Shown: positions 9,397 to 18,199 of the stretch, in pieces
Layout of the letters: every line of letters begins with the position of its first letter
Numbering within the stretch: the first letter of the stretch is position 1
NCBI GenBank assembly: GCA_028122735.1
Contig: JAOHSR010000002.1
Span: forward strand, 16,760-80,759
Source of the DNA: Flavobacteriales bacterium
GTDB lineage: Bacteria > Bacteroidota > Bacteroidia > Flavobacteriales > BACL11
Direction of reading: 5' to 3'
Length of the DNA: 64,000 nucleotides
Translations under genes and position numbers: made by a program
Notes under the pieces: generated by a model
What the model was told of the DNA's origin: nothing
Databases searched by the model: none
Seen by the model: only the letters and a program-made list of their open reading frames with translations

Positions 9397-9480
9397 AGAA
9401 TAAGAATTAAGGTGTTGATAATTAACAATTTAGTGTTAATAGCTTGTATAATTTTAAATATTTATAGCTATACATTAATA

Positions 9481-9488
9481 TATATTTG
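9481..9488 (+). promoter_or_regulatory. orphan consensus -7 box TATATTTG
   Basis: Exact TAnnTTTG on the plus strand, with no plus-strand CDS downstream. An intrinsic terminator follows about 60 nt later. Confidence 0.3.
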
Positions 9489-9494
9489 CGATGT

Positions 9495-9577
9495 CGTAAT
9501 AACTTGTTTTTGTTGTGCAATCCTTTCCCAACTTAACCGTACAACTTAAAAACCCTCTTATCCAAGAGGGTTTTTTT
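9495..9577 (+). ncRNA. candidate small RNA (hypothetical)
   Basis: -7 box at 9481-9488. Hairpin GUUGUGC (9512-9518) / GUACAAC (9539-9545) encloses a 20-nt C/U-rich loop. Terminator hairpin with a U7 tail ends near 9577. Confidence 0.25.
9548..9577. terminator. bidirectional intrinsic terminator
   Basis: AAAAACCCTCTT-atcc-AAGAGGGTTTTTTT. The CCCTCTT/AAGAGGG stem is flanked by an A-run and a T-run, so both strands see a U-tail. It lies 18 nt past the PorP/SprF stop. Confidence 0.7.
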
Positions 9578-9594
9578 ATCATATCATTTTCCTA

Positions 9595-10518
9595 CTACTT
9601 AACTAAATTTGGTTGAACTGTTTTAAGTTTAATAGCAAGCATAAATTCATGAGAACCTGTAGAATAGTCAGATAATTCTGAGTTTAAAATATCGTAAGAA
9701 TAACCAATTAAATATCTATCATTTATTGAATAACCGAATAAAGCACCTATATCACCTGTAGATCTATAATCTGCACCAAACCAAAGTTTTTTATCATAAG
9801 TTGCCTTTATTGCAAAATCAAACTGCAAAGGAGATGGTGTAACTGATTTTAGCAATAAAGATGGTTCAATATTCCAATTTTTACTAGCAGAAAAATTATA
9901 GGCACCCATAACATATATATGTCTTGAAAGAGTTCCTGATTGATCTGTAGATAAAGTATTGGCCAAATTATTATCTAAAAGATTAAGATTACTTGTAAGT
10001 AATTGTGGTATTGCAACTCCAAGATACCAATCCTTAGAATACAAATTAAATCCAAATGTTGCATCTGGAACTGTTTCAACTATAACATCTCCTTGTGTTA
10101 ATGGATCATTTGGATTTGAAACATTCCATCCGTTTTTATCAATTTTAAATTGAGTAAAGCCACCAGATAATGCTAGTGAAAGTTTAATCTTTTCATTTAA
10201 CGATAAGTGGTATGCATATGAAATTGCTCCGCCTGCTCTACTTGTGTGACCATATTGATCATTAAAAATCACTCCACCAAGACCTACATTATCTTCTTGC
10301 TTTCCATAAATACTTAAGATTGTTGTGCTTGGAGCATCAGTTATTCCTGTCCATTGATTCCTAACAGTAGTACGTACTTGATAATAATCATCCATTCCAG
10401 CAAATGCTGGATTTAATACATACCCATTATCCATAAATTGTGTAAGCTGCGGTAATTGCTGACTGTATATTAATCCACTAAAAATAAAAGCTAAGAGTAA
10501 AAAAGATATTTTTTTCAT
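9595..10518 (-). CDS. PorP/SprF-family type IX secretion system membrane protein
   Basis: 307 aa. Signal peptide ...LIYS|QQLPQLTQFMDNGYVLNPAFAG, the typical PorP/SprF N-terminus, on a beta-barrel-like sequence. Sits directly downstream of the type-B CTD protein. Confidence 0.85.
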   Translation of the reverse strand: MKKISFLLLAFIFSGLIYSQQLPQLTQFMDNGYVLNPAFAGMDDYYQVRTTVRNQWTGITDAPSTTILSIYGKQEDNVGLGGVIFNDQYGHTSRAGGAISYAYHLSLNEKIKLSLALSGGFTQFKIDKNGWNVSNPNDPLTQGDVIVETVPDATFGFNLYSKDWYLGVAIPQLLTSNLNLLDNNLANTLSTDQSGTLSRHIYVMGAYNFSASKNWNIEPSLLLKSVTPSPLQFDFAIKATYDKKLWFGADYRSTGDIGALFGYSINDRYLIGYSYDILNSELSDYSTGSHEFMLAIKLKTVQPNLVK

Positions 10519-10529
10519 ATTTATTTTAT

Positions 10530-13500
10530 TTATCTTACAATTGTTATTGGGCCAGTTTGAGGATCTTCACCATTATTTAAATCTATAACATAATAATAAG
10601 TTCCAACTGGCAATTCTTTAGATTCAAACATTCCATCCCAAGGAATATAAGCAGCTCCACCATTACTCTCAAAAACTATTTCTCCCCAACGATTAAATAC
10701 TTTTACTATAGCTGAAGGATAGTTTTCGATATCTAAAATTTCCCAAAAATCATTCATTTGATCTCCATTTGGAGTAATTGCATCATAAGGAATTACTCCT
10801 AACACAACATATATAGAATCTATACCCAAACATCCAGAGGAGTCTACCGTTAGAGAATACCATGTAGACGCAAAAGGCTGTACTGAAATACTGCTTGAAG
10901 AGCTGCCATTTGACCATAAGTAAGCGTCAAATAAATTATTGGACTGTAGATTAATTTGATCATCTAAAGTTATAATTGGATTGTCACCAGCCATAGTATT
11001 GGCACTGTTTAAAATAGTATTTTCAACTTGCGTAACTCTTACAACCGCCTCAACTGTATAAGGACTTAAACAATTAGGATCAACAACAGTTAAAAAATAA
11101 TTATTAACTGGGTTTGTAGGTGAAACCTCTCTGTCTGCATTTGTCGATCCATCATCCCAAGCATAAAATAAACCTGGCTTTTGCTGTATATCTAAAGTAA
11201 TAGTGGTTCCTAAACATATAGTTGTATCTAACAAACTAACATTATCTGGTAAGAATATCTCTGTTACCCCATTAACAGTAGTTGTAGTAGATACTTCACA
11301 ACCATTTGCATCTGTAACAGTAACTGAATATAATCCAGGAGTTAAATTTGAAATATTTGAATTTGTATTATTACTAAAGCCTGCCGGACCAGTCCACACA
11401 AAATCATAATTTGGTACGCCACCAAGTACAAATACTTGAGCTGAACCATCATTTAATAAGCAGGTTTCATCAGTTGAATCAGCTGTAACAACTAACTCAT
11501 TAGTTGGTCCACTTATATTTACGGTTTGACTTGTAACTGTACAACCATTTGCATCTGTAATAGTTACAGTATATACATCAGGAGATAAATCTGTTGCTGT
11601 CGGGGTAGTTTGACTAGCTGCGTCATCCCAAAGATAATAGTAGGTTGGAGGTATTCCAGGCTCTGGAGTTCCGCCACTAGGTGTTGCAGTAATTTCTCCG
11701 TCGTCAGAACCAAAACACGTTACATCAGACTCGGAAATGGCAACTGACAGTACTGTTGGCTCTACAAGAGTGATTTCAGCAGTATCACTACATCCCTTGT
11801 TATCTGTTACTACTACAACATAATTACCAGCAATAATGTTATTATTGTTTGAAGTACTCACTCCATTGTTCCATGCATAAGTGTAAGGTGGGGGTGTATT
11901 TCCACCTTGCGCCTCAGCTTTTATTTTTCCTGAACTCTCTCCAAAACAAGCTACTGGATTAACAAGATCAATAGTTGTTTGTAATTGTTCTGGTTGTAAA
12001 AGAGAATACAACACAGTATCATAACATCCTTGAGCATCAGAAATAATACATGTATATATTGTTGAGTTAGTATTATTATTTACACAAAGACCTACAGCAG
12101 TAGAAGTTGTTTGTAATAAAGTGTCGTTCCATTGATATAAATATATAGCATTACCATTTGGAGTAATATTTGGAATTCCTCCACTAATATTTAATGCGAT
12201 TTCACCGTCACAATAATCATAACACGTGACATTATTTGTTAATAGTAAATCAACCTCTGCGTGTAATTTATTTGTGTCATTAATCTCAAATTGGTCGTAA
12301 TTAGAACATCCGTTGTCATCAGTAACTGTAATGCCATAAATCCCTACTGACAAATTAGTTAGAGAATATGTTGTGTCTCCCGTATTCCATAGATAATGAT
12401 ATGTTGTAGGGTTGCCCACTCCACCTGAAACTACATCGGTTAATGAACCATTGTTCCATCCATTGCAAGTAACATGATTTGCAACAAATGAATGTAATAT
12501 TGTATCTGGTTGATTGTATGTAATGCTTTCTAGATAAATACAACCATATGAATCTTCTACAATAAAGTCATATGTTCCTGCAATTAATCCAGAAACACTA
12601 GATAAATATGATGAAGTAAGTGTATCTCCATTGGATGATGTTGTTGTTTTTAAATATGGAGCTGCTCCCCCATTAATACTAAAATCAGCTGTACCAGAAT
12701 TATCACCATAACATCTGATTTGATAATTATTAAATAACGAAGGGTTTATTGCTACATTTAAAACAGGTGGCTCCTCAATTATAATAACATCCTGTGCGAT
12801 ACAGTTATTATCATCAAAAACTTCTACTGTATAAGTTCCAGCATCATAGCTATTAAAGTAAGCCGTATTTGAATATACTGGTCCTCCATTAACTGAAAAT
12901 TGATATGATCCTGTTCCTCCCAAAGCAATAATATTGTCAATTGATCCATTACTCAATCCAAAACATTGTACATGTGAAAATGTTGTGGTATCAATATACA
13001 GTGAGTCAGGCTGTGACATTGTTAATGTCTCACTATCAAAACATCCTTTAAAATCTTCAACAGTTATAGTGTATGATCCTGGAGCAACACTTGTAAATAA
13101 ATTATTTATTTGTGAGTTTGTTGTAAAACCATCAGATTTAAAATATTCCAAACTTAAACCTCCTGAAGCATATACAGCAATAGTGCCATTGTTTGCTGAA
13201 TAGCAAGTAATATCAGAAGTTATAATAGAATCAATAGATAAGACATAGTTAGGCTCATAAATCTCTACAGAATCTAAAATAACACACATATTTTCGTCTG
13301 TTATTGAAACTAGCTGATATCCAGCGGATAAATTATAAGCAGAAGAAGAGTCGCTAGCATTTGCCCATAAATATGAAAAATTACCTGTGCCCCCTACAGC
13401 AGTAACTGTAGCCCAACCATCAGACAAGCCTTGACATGAAACAGAGTCTCTAGTGAATGAAGTTAGAATCTGATTTGGTTGTTCAACAAAAATCACAGAA

Positions 13501-16500
13501 TCAACTGTACAACCATTTGCATCAGTAACATCTATTGTATGTAATCCTGCAGGTGCATTAGAATTTGCTGTGGTTCCACCAAAACTCCAATTAAAATTAT
13601 AATTTGGTGTTCCTCCTGAAAAGGATAAATATACATTTCCATTAGACTCACCAAAACAAAGAGCGCTATCAGAAGAAATAGATGTTATTTCTAAAATATC
13701 TGGCTCAATAATTGAGGCGTTGGATACGGCTATACATCCTGAACTATCAGTAACTGTAAGAGTATAGTTTCCAGAAGATAATCCAATTGCGATTGCGGTA
13801 TTTTGATTATTCGAATCATTCCATGAATAAGTATAAGGAAGCCTACCACCGGATATGACAGGAGTTAATTGCCCATCATTAGCTCCATTACAACTAATGT
13901 TATCAATATTTATATTTGTAACCTCAAGTAAGGCAGGCTCTTCAACAAAAATTGAATCTGTATCCAAGCAACCTAACGAATCTACAACAGTTACAAAGTA
14001 AAAACCACCATCTAAATTACTAAATGTATTTCCTGATGTATAGTAAGTACTTCCTCCATCATTGCTAAATAAATAAGGTGATGCACCTCCACTAGCAGAT
14101 GGAGTAATAACACCATCATTAGCTCCAAAACAACTGATGTCTTCAGTTGTTGTAATTAAATCAGGATTTTGCCCAGCTAATATTTCTGCTGTATCAAGAT
14201 CTAAAGAACATCCATTTGCATCTGTTACAAGAACAGTATAAGTACCCGGTAAAAGAAAATCTATAGTGGATGTTGTGTCACCAGTATTCCATAAATATGA
14301 ATAGCTAGGAGTTGCACCAGAAACAACTACTTCAATTTCACCAGATGCTAAAGTTTGGGCTGCAGAACAATTTGAGTTACTTAAAACATTTGCTTGAGAC
14401 TGCAGTATTGTGGGTTCTAATACGGTTACCAAATCAGATGAAATACATCCGTTATCATCAGTGATTGTTAGCGTATAACTACCAGAACTTAAGTTTGTAG
14501 CATAAGGACCATTTGCCCCATTAGACCAAACATAGGAATATGGAGCTGTACCGCCTAAAGGATTAGAGCCACTACCTGTTCCAGAAACAGCTGCAGATCC
14601 GTCATTTCCACCAAAACAACTAGTTGCAGAATCTAAAATAATATATGTACTTAGATCGGTTGGCTCGAAAATAGGAACACTTGTACTATCTGTACAACCA
14701 TTACCATCAGTTGTGTAAATAGAATAATTACCAGCAAAAAGCCCAGTATATACTCCAGTATTTTGAGGAACAGGATAGTAAAAAGGGATATAGTATTGAT
14801 AAGTATTTGGACCTGTACCACCTGAAGCAATAACCTCAATTCCGTTTGATGGATCTCCATAGCATAAAACAGAATCCTGAGAATTAGAATTATTTAATTG
14901 CAAATCTACAATAGCACTATTTGGTGTTGTGATACTTATTGTTTCAATACAATTTACATCTGTCACAGTTACAGTATAAGAAGTGTTACTGGATAGGTTA
15001 ATTGCGGTTGCCGTTGTTTGTCCATCACTCCATAAATAAGTATATGGAGGTGTACCATTTGGAATAACTTCGGCTGTTGCATCATTTGCATTATTACAAG
15101 CTGGTATAATATTATAATTTAAAACTAAATCAGCCTGATCAACAAAAATACTTTCAGAAAAACTACAACCATTATTGTCTGTAACCACAACAGAATATAC
15201 TCCTGTAACTAATGAACTTGCAGTAGATGAAGTCTGACCATCGGACCATAGGTAATTGTAAGGGGGAGTTCCTGTATTTGGATCAACTGTAATGGTTGCA
15301 GAACCTTGACCTGAAAAACAAAACTCGGGCAAAGAATCTAAAGTATACGACCAGTCTAGTGGCTCAGATAAAGAAATTGTATCATATGCTATACAATTAT
15401 TTGCATCAGTTACACTAAGATAATAATCACCATAGTTAATTGAACCACACAGACTATTAAATGTGGGATTTTGAAATTGGGTAATACCGCTTAAATCATA
15501 GACAAGTGAGTTAAGAAGTGTCGGCTCATTAGAAACATTAACCGTTAATGACGCATCACATGAGTTAAAGCAGCTTGTTCCCTGGGTCTCTATAGCAGTT
15601 GAGGAAAATATTATTGGTTCAGTTACTGTAAGGGATAATGAGCTAGTTGAACAACCTGCACCGTCTTGTACCTGCACTGTATAAGTTCCTTCTGAAATAT
15701 TAGCTCCATTTCCGCTATTAAACACAGAATCAGAGAAAAAAGTCGTTCCTCCGTCAATAGAAAACGAAAAGTTAGGAGTACCCCCTAAAATATTTGAAAA
15801 AGTAATTTCACCATCAGCTGAACCATTACAACTAACTCCAAACCCATTATAAATGTTTGTAGAAGTCACATTTGCACTGTAGGAGATATCATCTGGTTGA
15901 GTGACAAAGATAGAATCACTATATGTACAGCTATTAGCATCACTTACAGTAATTTCATACATCTGATTACCAAATAAGTTGTTAAAAATAGAGGAATTGG
16001 AAAATCCTCCACCATTTAAAGAATAAGAATAAGGATTTGCTCCTAAGCCTGGAGTTCCAGATAAAATTGGATCAACATTAAATTGAATCTGAGCATCATT
16101 AACACCAAAACAAGAAACTATAGAATTAATATTTATAGTACCACTAAGATCATTTGGATCAATTAGATTAAATGTCTCATCATTTAAGCAAAGATTAGCA
16201 TCTCTATAAAAAATAGTATAAGAACCCGAGGACAAACCCGAGAATACAGGGTTTGAAGTCCAACTAGCATTGTCAATTGAATATTCATAAGGTGGTGAGC
16301 CAGATGTTACATTTGCTGTGATTTCACCATCAGAAGCTCCAAAACATGATATGTTTTGGCCAGAAAAATTAGAGGTTATATTTCCTGCAACAGATAAAAT
16401 ATTTGGTTCAGTAATTGTAAAAGATGTAGAAGAAGTTGAAGACAAAACACATCCATTTGCATCAGTAACTGTATAGTTATAATTACCTGCGCACAAACCG

Positions 16501-17084
16501 GCAAAAAGAGTATCTGGTGCGGAAATTGAAAGTCCATTAACAATATAAGGTTGCGTTCCACCAGAAATTGAAATTAGCTGGGAAGCATTACAATCTCCAA
16601 AACATTGATTAAATGTTAAAGTTGTGTCAGAACTGTTTAATTCTTGTGGCTCTACTAAAGTTAGAGTATCGTAATCATATACAGATGGATCTGATAAAAC
16701 AGTTGTTAAAAATTGAGAGTTACTAAAAAAAGGAGCAGGAAATGCAGCTACAAAAGCTAATGAGTCTACCACAAGAGCATAATAAAAGCCTTCTGTCAAG
16801 CCATTTGCTGTAACATTAGAGCCTGTAGTTATTGAAGATGATAAATAAGGTACTGTAGCAAAAGCACCTGGCTTAAATACTTTTAATTGATAGGGAACAA
16901 AGGCGGGAGGGCTTCCAAGAGAACTTGTGTCATTATCAACTGAAACATTAATATCTGCTAAATCACCATTACAACTAATGGGACTTGAGACAGTAATAGA
17001 ATTAATTGCAACTTGTGCATTTGCTTCGACAGAGAGAAAAACAAAAAACAATGTAGAAATAAGCAATAATAATTTTTTCATCAT
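10530..17084 (-). CDS. giant SprB-repeat cell-surface protein with T9SS type B C-terminal sorting domain
   Basis: 2184 aa. Signal peptide ...VEANA|QV. About 22 tandem 75-85 aa Cys-framed repeats (C.G..DG.I...GG..PY.Y.W...L..G.Y.V.V.D.NGC). C-terminus ITPNGDQMNDFWEI...VFNRWGEIVF...LPVGTYYYVI. Confidence 0.9.
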   Translation of the reverse strand: MMKKLLLLISTLFFVFLSVEANAQVAINSITVSSPISCNGDLADINVSVDNDTSSLGSPPAFVPYQLKVFKPGAFATVPYLSSSITTGSNVTANGLTEGFYYALVVDSLAFVAAFPAPFFSNSQFLTTVLSDPSVYDYDTLTLVEPQELNSSDTTLTFNQCFGDCNASQLISISGGTQPYIVNGLSISAPDTLFAGLCAGNYNYTVTDANGCVLSSTSSTSFTITEPNILSVAGNITSNFSGQNISCFGASDGEITANVTSGSPPYEYSIDNASWTSNPVFSGLSSGSYTIFYRDANLCLNDETFNLIDPNDLSGTININSIVSCFGVNDAQIQFNVDPILSGTPGLGANPYSYSLNGGGFSNSSIFNNLFGNQMYEITVSDANSCTYSDSIFVTQPDDISYSANVTSTNIYNGFGVSCNGSADGEITFSNILGGTPNFSFSIDGGTTFFSDSVFNSGNGANISEGTYTVQVQDGAGCSTSSLSLTVTEPIIFSSTAIETQGTSCFNSCDASLTVNVSNEPTLLNSLVYDLSGITQFQNPTFNSLCGSINYGDYYLSVTDANNCIAYDTISLSEPLDWSYTLDSLPEFCFSGQGSATITVDPNTGTPPYNYLWSDGQTSSTASSLVTGVYSVVVTDNNGCSFSESIFVDQADLVLNYNIIPACNNANDATAEVIPNGTPPYTYLWSDGQTTATAINLSSNTSYTVTVTDVNCIETISITTPNSAIVDLQLNNSNSQDSVLCYGDPSNGIEVIASGGTGPNTYQYYIPFYYPVPQNTGVYTGLFAGNYSIYTTDGNGCTDSTSVPIFEPTDLSTYIILDSATSCFGGNDGSAAVSGTGSGSNPLGGTAPYSYVWSNGANGPYATNLSSGSYTLTITDDNGCISSDLVTVLEPTILQSQANVLSNSNCSAAQTLASGEIEVVVSGATPSYSYLWNTGDTTSTIDFLLPGTYTVLVTDANGCSLDLDTAEILAGQNPDLITTTEDISCFGANDGVITPSASGGASPYLFSNDGGSTYYTSGNTFSNLDGGFYFVTVVDSLGCLDTDSIFVEEPALLEVTNINIDNISCNGANDGQLTPVISGGRLPYTYSWNDSNNQNTAIAIGLSSGNYTLTVTDSSGCIAVSNASIIEPDILEITSISSDSALCFGESNGNVYLSFSGGTPNYNFNWSFGGTTANSNAPAGLHTIDVTDANGCTVDSVIFVEQPNQILTSFTRDSVSCQGLSDGWATVTAVGGTGNFSYLWANASDSSSAYNLSAGYQLVSITDENMCVILDSVEIYEPNYVLSIDSIITSDITCYSANNGTIAVYASGGLSLEYFKSDGFTTNSQINNLFTSVAPGSYTITVEDFKGCFDSETLTMSQPDSLYIDTTTFSHVQCFGLSNGSIDNIIALGGTGSYQFSVNGGPVYSNTAYFNSYDAGTYTVEVFDDNNCIAQDVIIIEEPPVLNVAINPSLFNNYQIRCYGDNSGTADFSINGGAAPYLKTTTSSNGDTLTSSYLSSVSGLIAGTYDFIVEDSYGCIYLESITYNQPDTILHSFVANHVTCNGWNNGSLTDVVSGGVGNPTTYHYLWNTGDTTYSLTNLSVGIYGITVTDDNGCSNYDQFEINDTNKLHAEVDLLLTNNVTCYDYCDGEIALNISGGIPNITPNGNAIYLYQWNDTLLQTTSTAVGLCVNNNTNSTIYTCIISDAQGCYDTVLYSLLQPEQLQTTIDLVNPVACFGESSGKIKAEAQGGNTPPPYTYAWNNGVSTSNNNNIIAGNYVVVVTDNKGCSDTAEITLVEPTVLSVAISESDVTCFGSDDGEITATPSGGTPEPGIPPTYYYLWDDAASQTTPTATDLSPDVYTVTITDANGCTVTSQTVNISGPTNELVVTADSTDETCLLNDGSAQVFVLGGVPNYDFVWTGPAGFSNNTNSNISNLTPGLYSVTVTDANGCEVSTTTTVNGVTEIFLPDNVSLLDTTICLGTTITLDIQQKPGLFYAWDDGSTNADREVSPTNPVNNYFLTVVDPNCLSPYTVEAVVRVTQVENTILNSANTMAGDNPIITLDDQINLQSNNLFDAYLWSNGSSSSSISVQPFASTWYSLTVDSSGCLGIDSIYVVLGVIPYDAITPNGDQMNDFWEILDIENYPSAIVKVFNRWGEIVFESNGGAAYIPWDGMFESKELPVGTYYYVIDLNNGEDPQTGPITIVR

Positions 17085-17249
17085 AGTGTAAAAAATTAAA
17101 TGTTTGTTTTAAAAAGCTGCAAGATACAAAAAAACCCCTTATATCCCTAAATCACATAATTACATTTACACATCTAGTAAATTAATACAATTATGCAATA
17201 TAATTTAGGTTGCATTTATTAAGCAAAAAATAAAGTGATTTTCTAGAAC

Positions 17250-17663
17250 TTAACAATACTCATTAAAGGCCTGCTGAAGATTTTCGGCAATCATTTCTGC
17301 CGGCCTTCCCTCAATGTGGTGTCTTTCTATAAAATGCACAAGATTACCATCCTTAAACAGTGCAATAGAAGGAGAAGAGGGTGGATAGGGTAACATATAT
17401 TCTCTTGCAGTAGCAGTTGCTCCAATATCTTGACCTGCAAAAACTGTTGTAAAAAGATCAGGAGTTTTGGAGTATGTTGTCGATATTTTTACAGCTGGGC
17501 GTGCATTACCCGCAGCACATCCACACACTGAATTAATCATCACAAGAACACTTCCTTCTTTTTTACCTAAAATTTCAGAAACCTTATCAGAATCTTTCAT
17601 TTCAACAAAGCCTACAGATGTTAAGTCTTCTCTCATTGGACTACAAATTTCTTCTGGATACAT
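17250..17663 (-). CDS. BrxA/BrxB-family bacilliredoxin (DUF1094)
   Basis: 137 aa with the NSVCGCAAGNARPA redox motif characteristic of the YphP/YqiW family. Confidence 0.85.
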   Translation of the reverse strand: MYPEEICSPMREDLTSVGFVEMKDSDKVSEILGKKEGSVLVMINSVCGCAAGNARPAVKISTTYSKTPDLFTTVFAGQDIGATATAREYMLPYPPSSPSIALFKDGNLVHFIERHHIEGRPAEMIAENLQQAFNEYC

Positions 17664-17677
17664 ATTTATTTTTTTTA

Positions 17678-17685
17678 CAAATTTA
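17678..17685 (-). promoter_or_regulatory. -7 box TAAATTTG
   Basis: Plus strand reads CAAATTTA. 14 nt upstream of the ATG at 17663. Confidence 0.4.
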
Positions 17686-17688
17686 TAG

Positions 17689-18138
17689 TTATTTTCTTTT
17701 CTTTTTGAAAAAATTTTGAAGCAATTTTGTTGAATCGTTCGCTAAAACTCCAAACTCTATTTGAGTTTTAGGGTGAAGTATATCTTTTTTCAAAGAAGAA
17801 AAGCCCGTTTTTAAATCTCTTGCTCCAACTACAATTCTACTAATTTGGGTCCAATATGATGCCCCAGCACACATTACACAAGGTTCAAGAGTCACATATA
17901 ATGTACACTCCCTTAAATATTTACCCCCGATATAATCGGAAGCAGAAGTAAAGGCCTGCATTTCAGCATGCGCAGTAACATCATTTAAATGTTCGATGTA
18001 ATTATGACCTCTAGCGATAATTTGATTATTACACACAATGACTGCTCCCACTGGAACCTCATCAAATTCTAAAGCAATTTGAGCTTGTTCAAGTGCTTTT
18101 TGCATGAAATACTCATCTGATTTAGGCTTTATTTCCAT
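17689..18138 (-). CDS. tadA: tRNA adenosine(34) deaminase TadA
   Basis: 149 aa with the CDA zinc motifs HAEMQA and PCVMCAGA. The start could alternatively be Met12. Confidence 0.92.
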   Translation of the reverse strand: MEIKPKSDEYFMQKALEQAQIALEFDEVPVGAVIVCNNQIIARGHNYIEHLNDVTAHAEMQAFTSASDYIGGKYLRECTLYVTLEPCVMCAGASYWTQISRIVVGARDLKTGFSSLKKDILHPKTQIEFGVLANDSTKLLQNFFKKKRK

Positions 18139-18142
18139 CTAA

Positions 18143-18150
18143 CAAAAATA
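18143..18150 (-). promoter_or_regulatory. -7 box TATTTTTG
   Basis: Plus strand reads CAAAAATA. 4 nt upstream of the ATG at 18138. Confidence 0.4.
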
Positions 18151-18173
18151 GTGTTTATTAAAAGGCAATTTTG

Positions 18174-18181
18174 TAATTTTG
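18174..18181 (+). promoter_or_regulatory. -7 box TAATTTTG for aspS
   Basis: 18 nt upstream of the ATG at 18200. The box overlaps the TTG that the ORF track uses as start. Confidence 0.45.
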
Positions 18182-18199
18182 CAATATAAAATCTATCAA

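Noticed and set aside
11203-16561. Short ORFs inside or antisense to the giant SprB-repeat gene (11203-11409, 12355-12543, 12934-13203, 14651-14860, 16376-16561).
   Set aside because: Each lies entirely within a 6.5-kb CDS that has clear domain structure. They are low-complexity translations without motifs or promoter boxes, and are typical shadow ORFs.
17085-17249. The 165-nt region upstream of the giant gene has an A7C4 tract (17135-17145) and no consensus -7 box. I considered phase variation.
   Set aside because: The homopolymer runs are too short for a convincing slipped-strand switch, and there are no inverted repeats suggestive of an invertible promoter.
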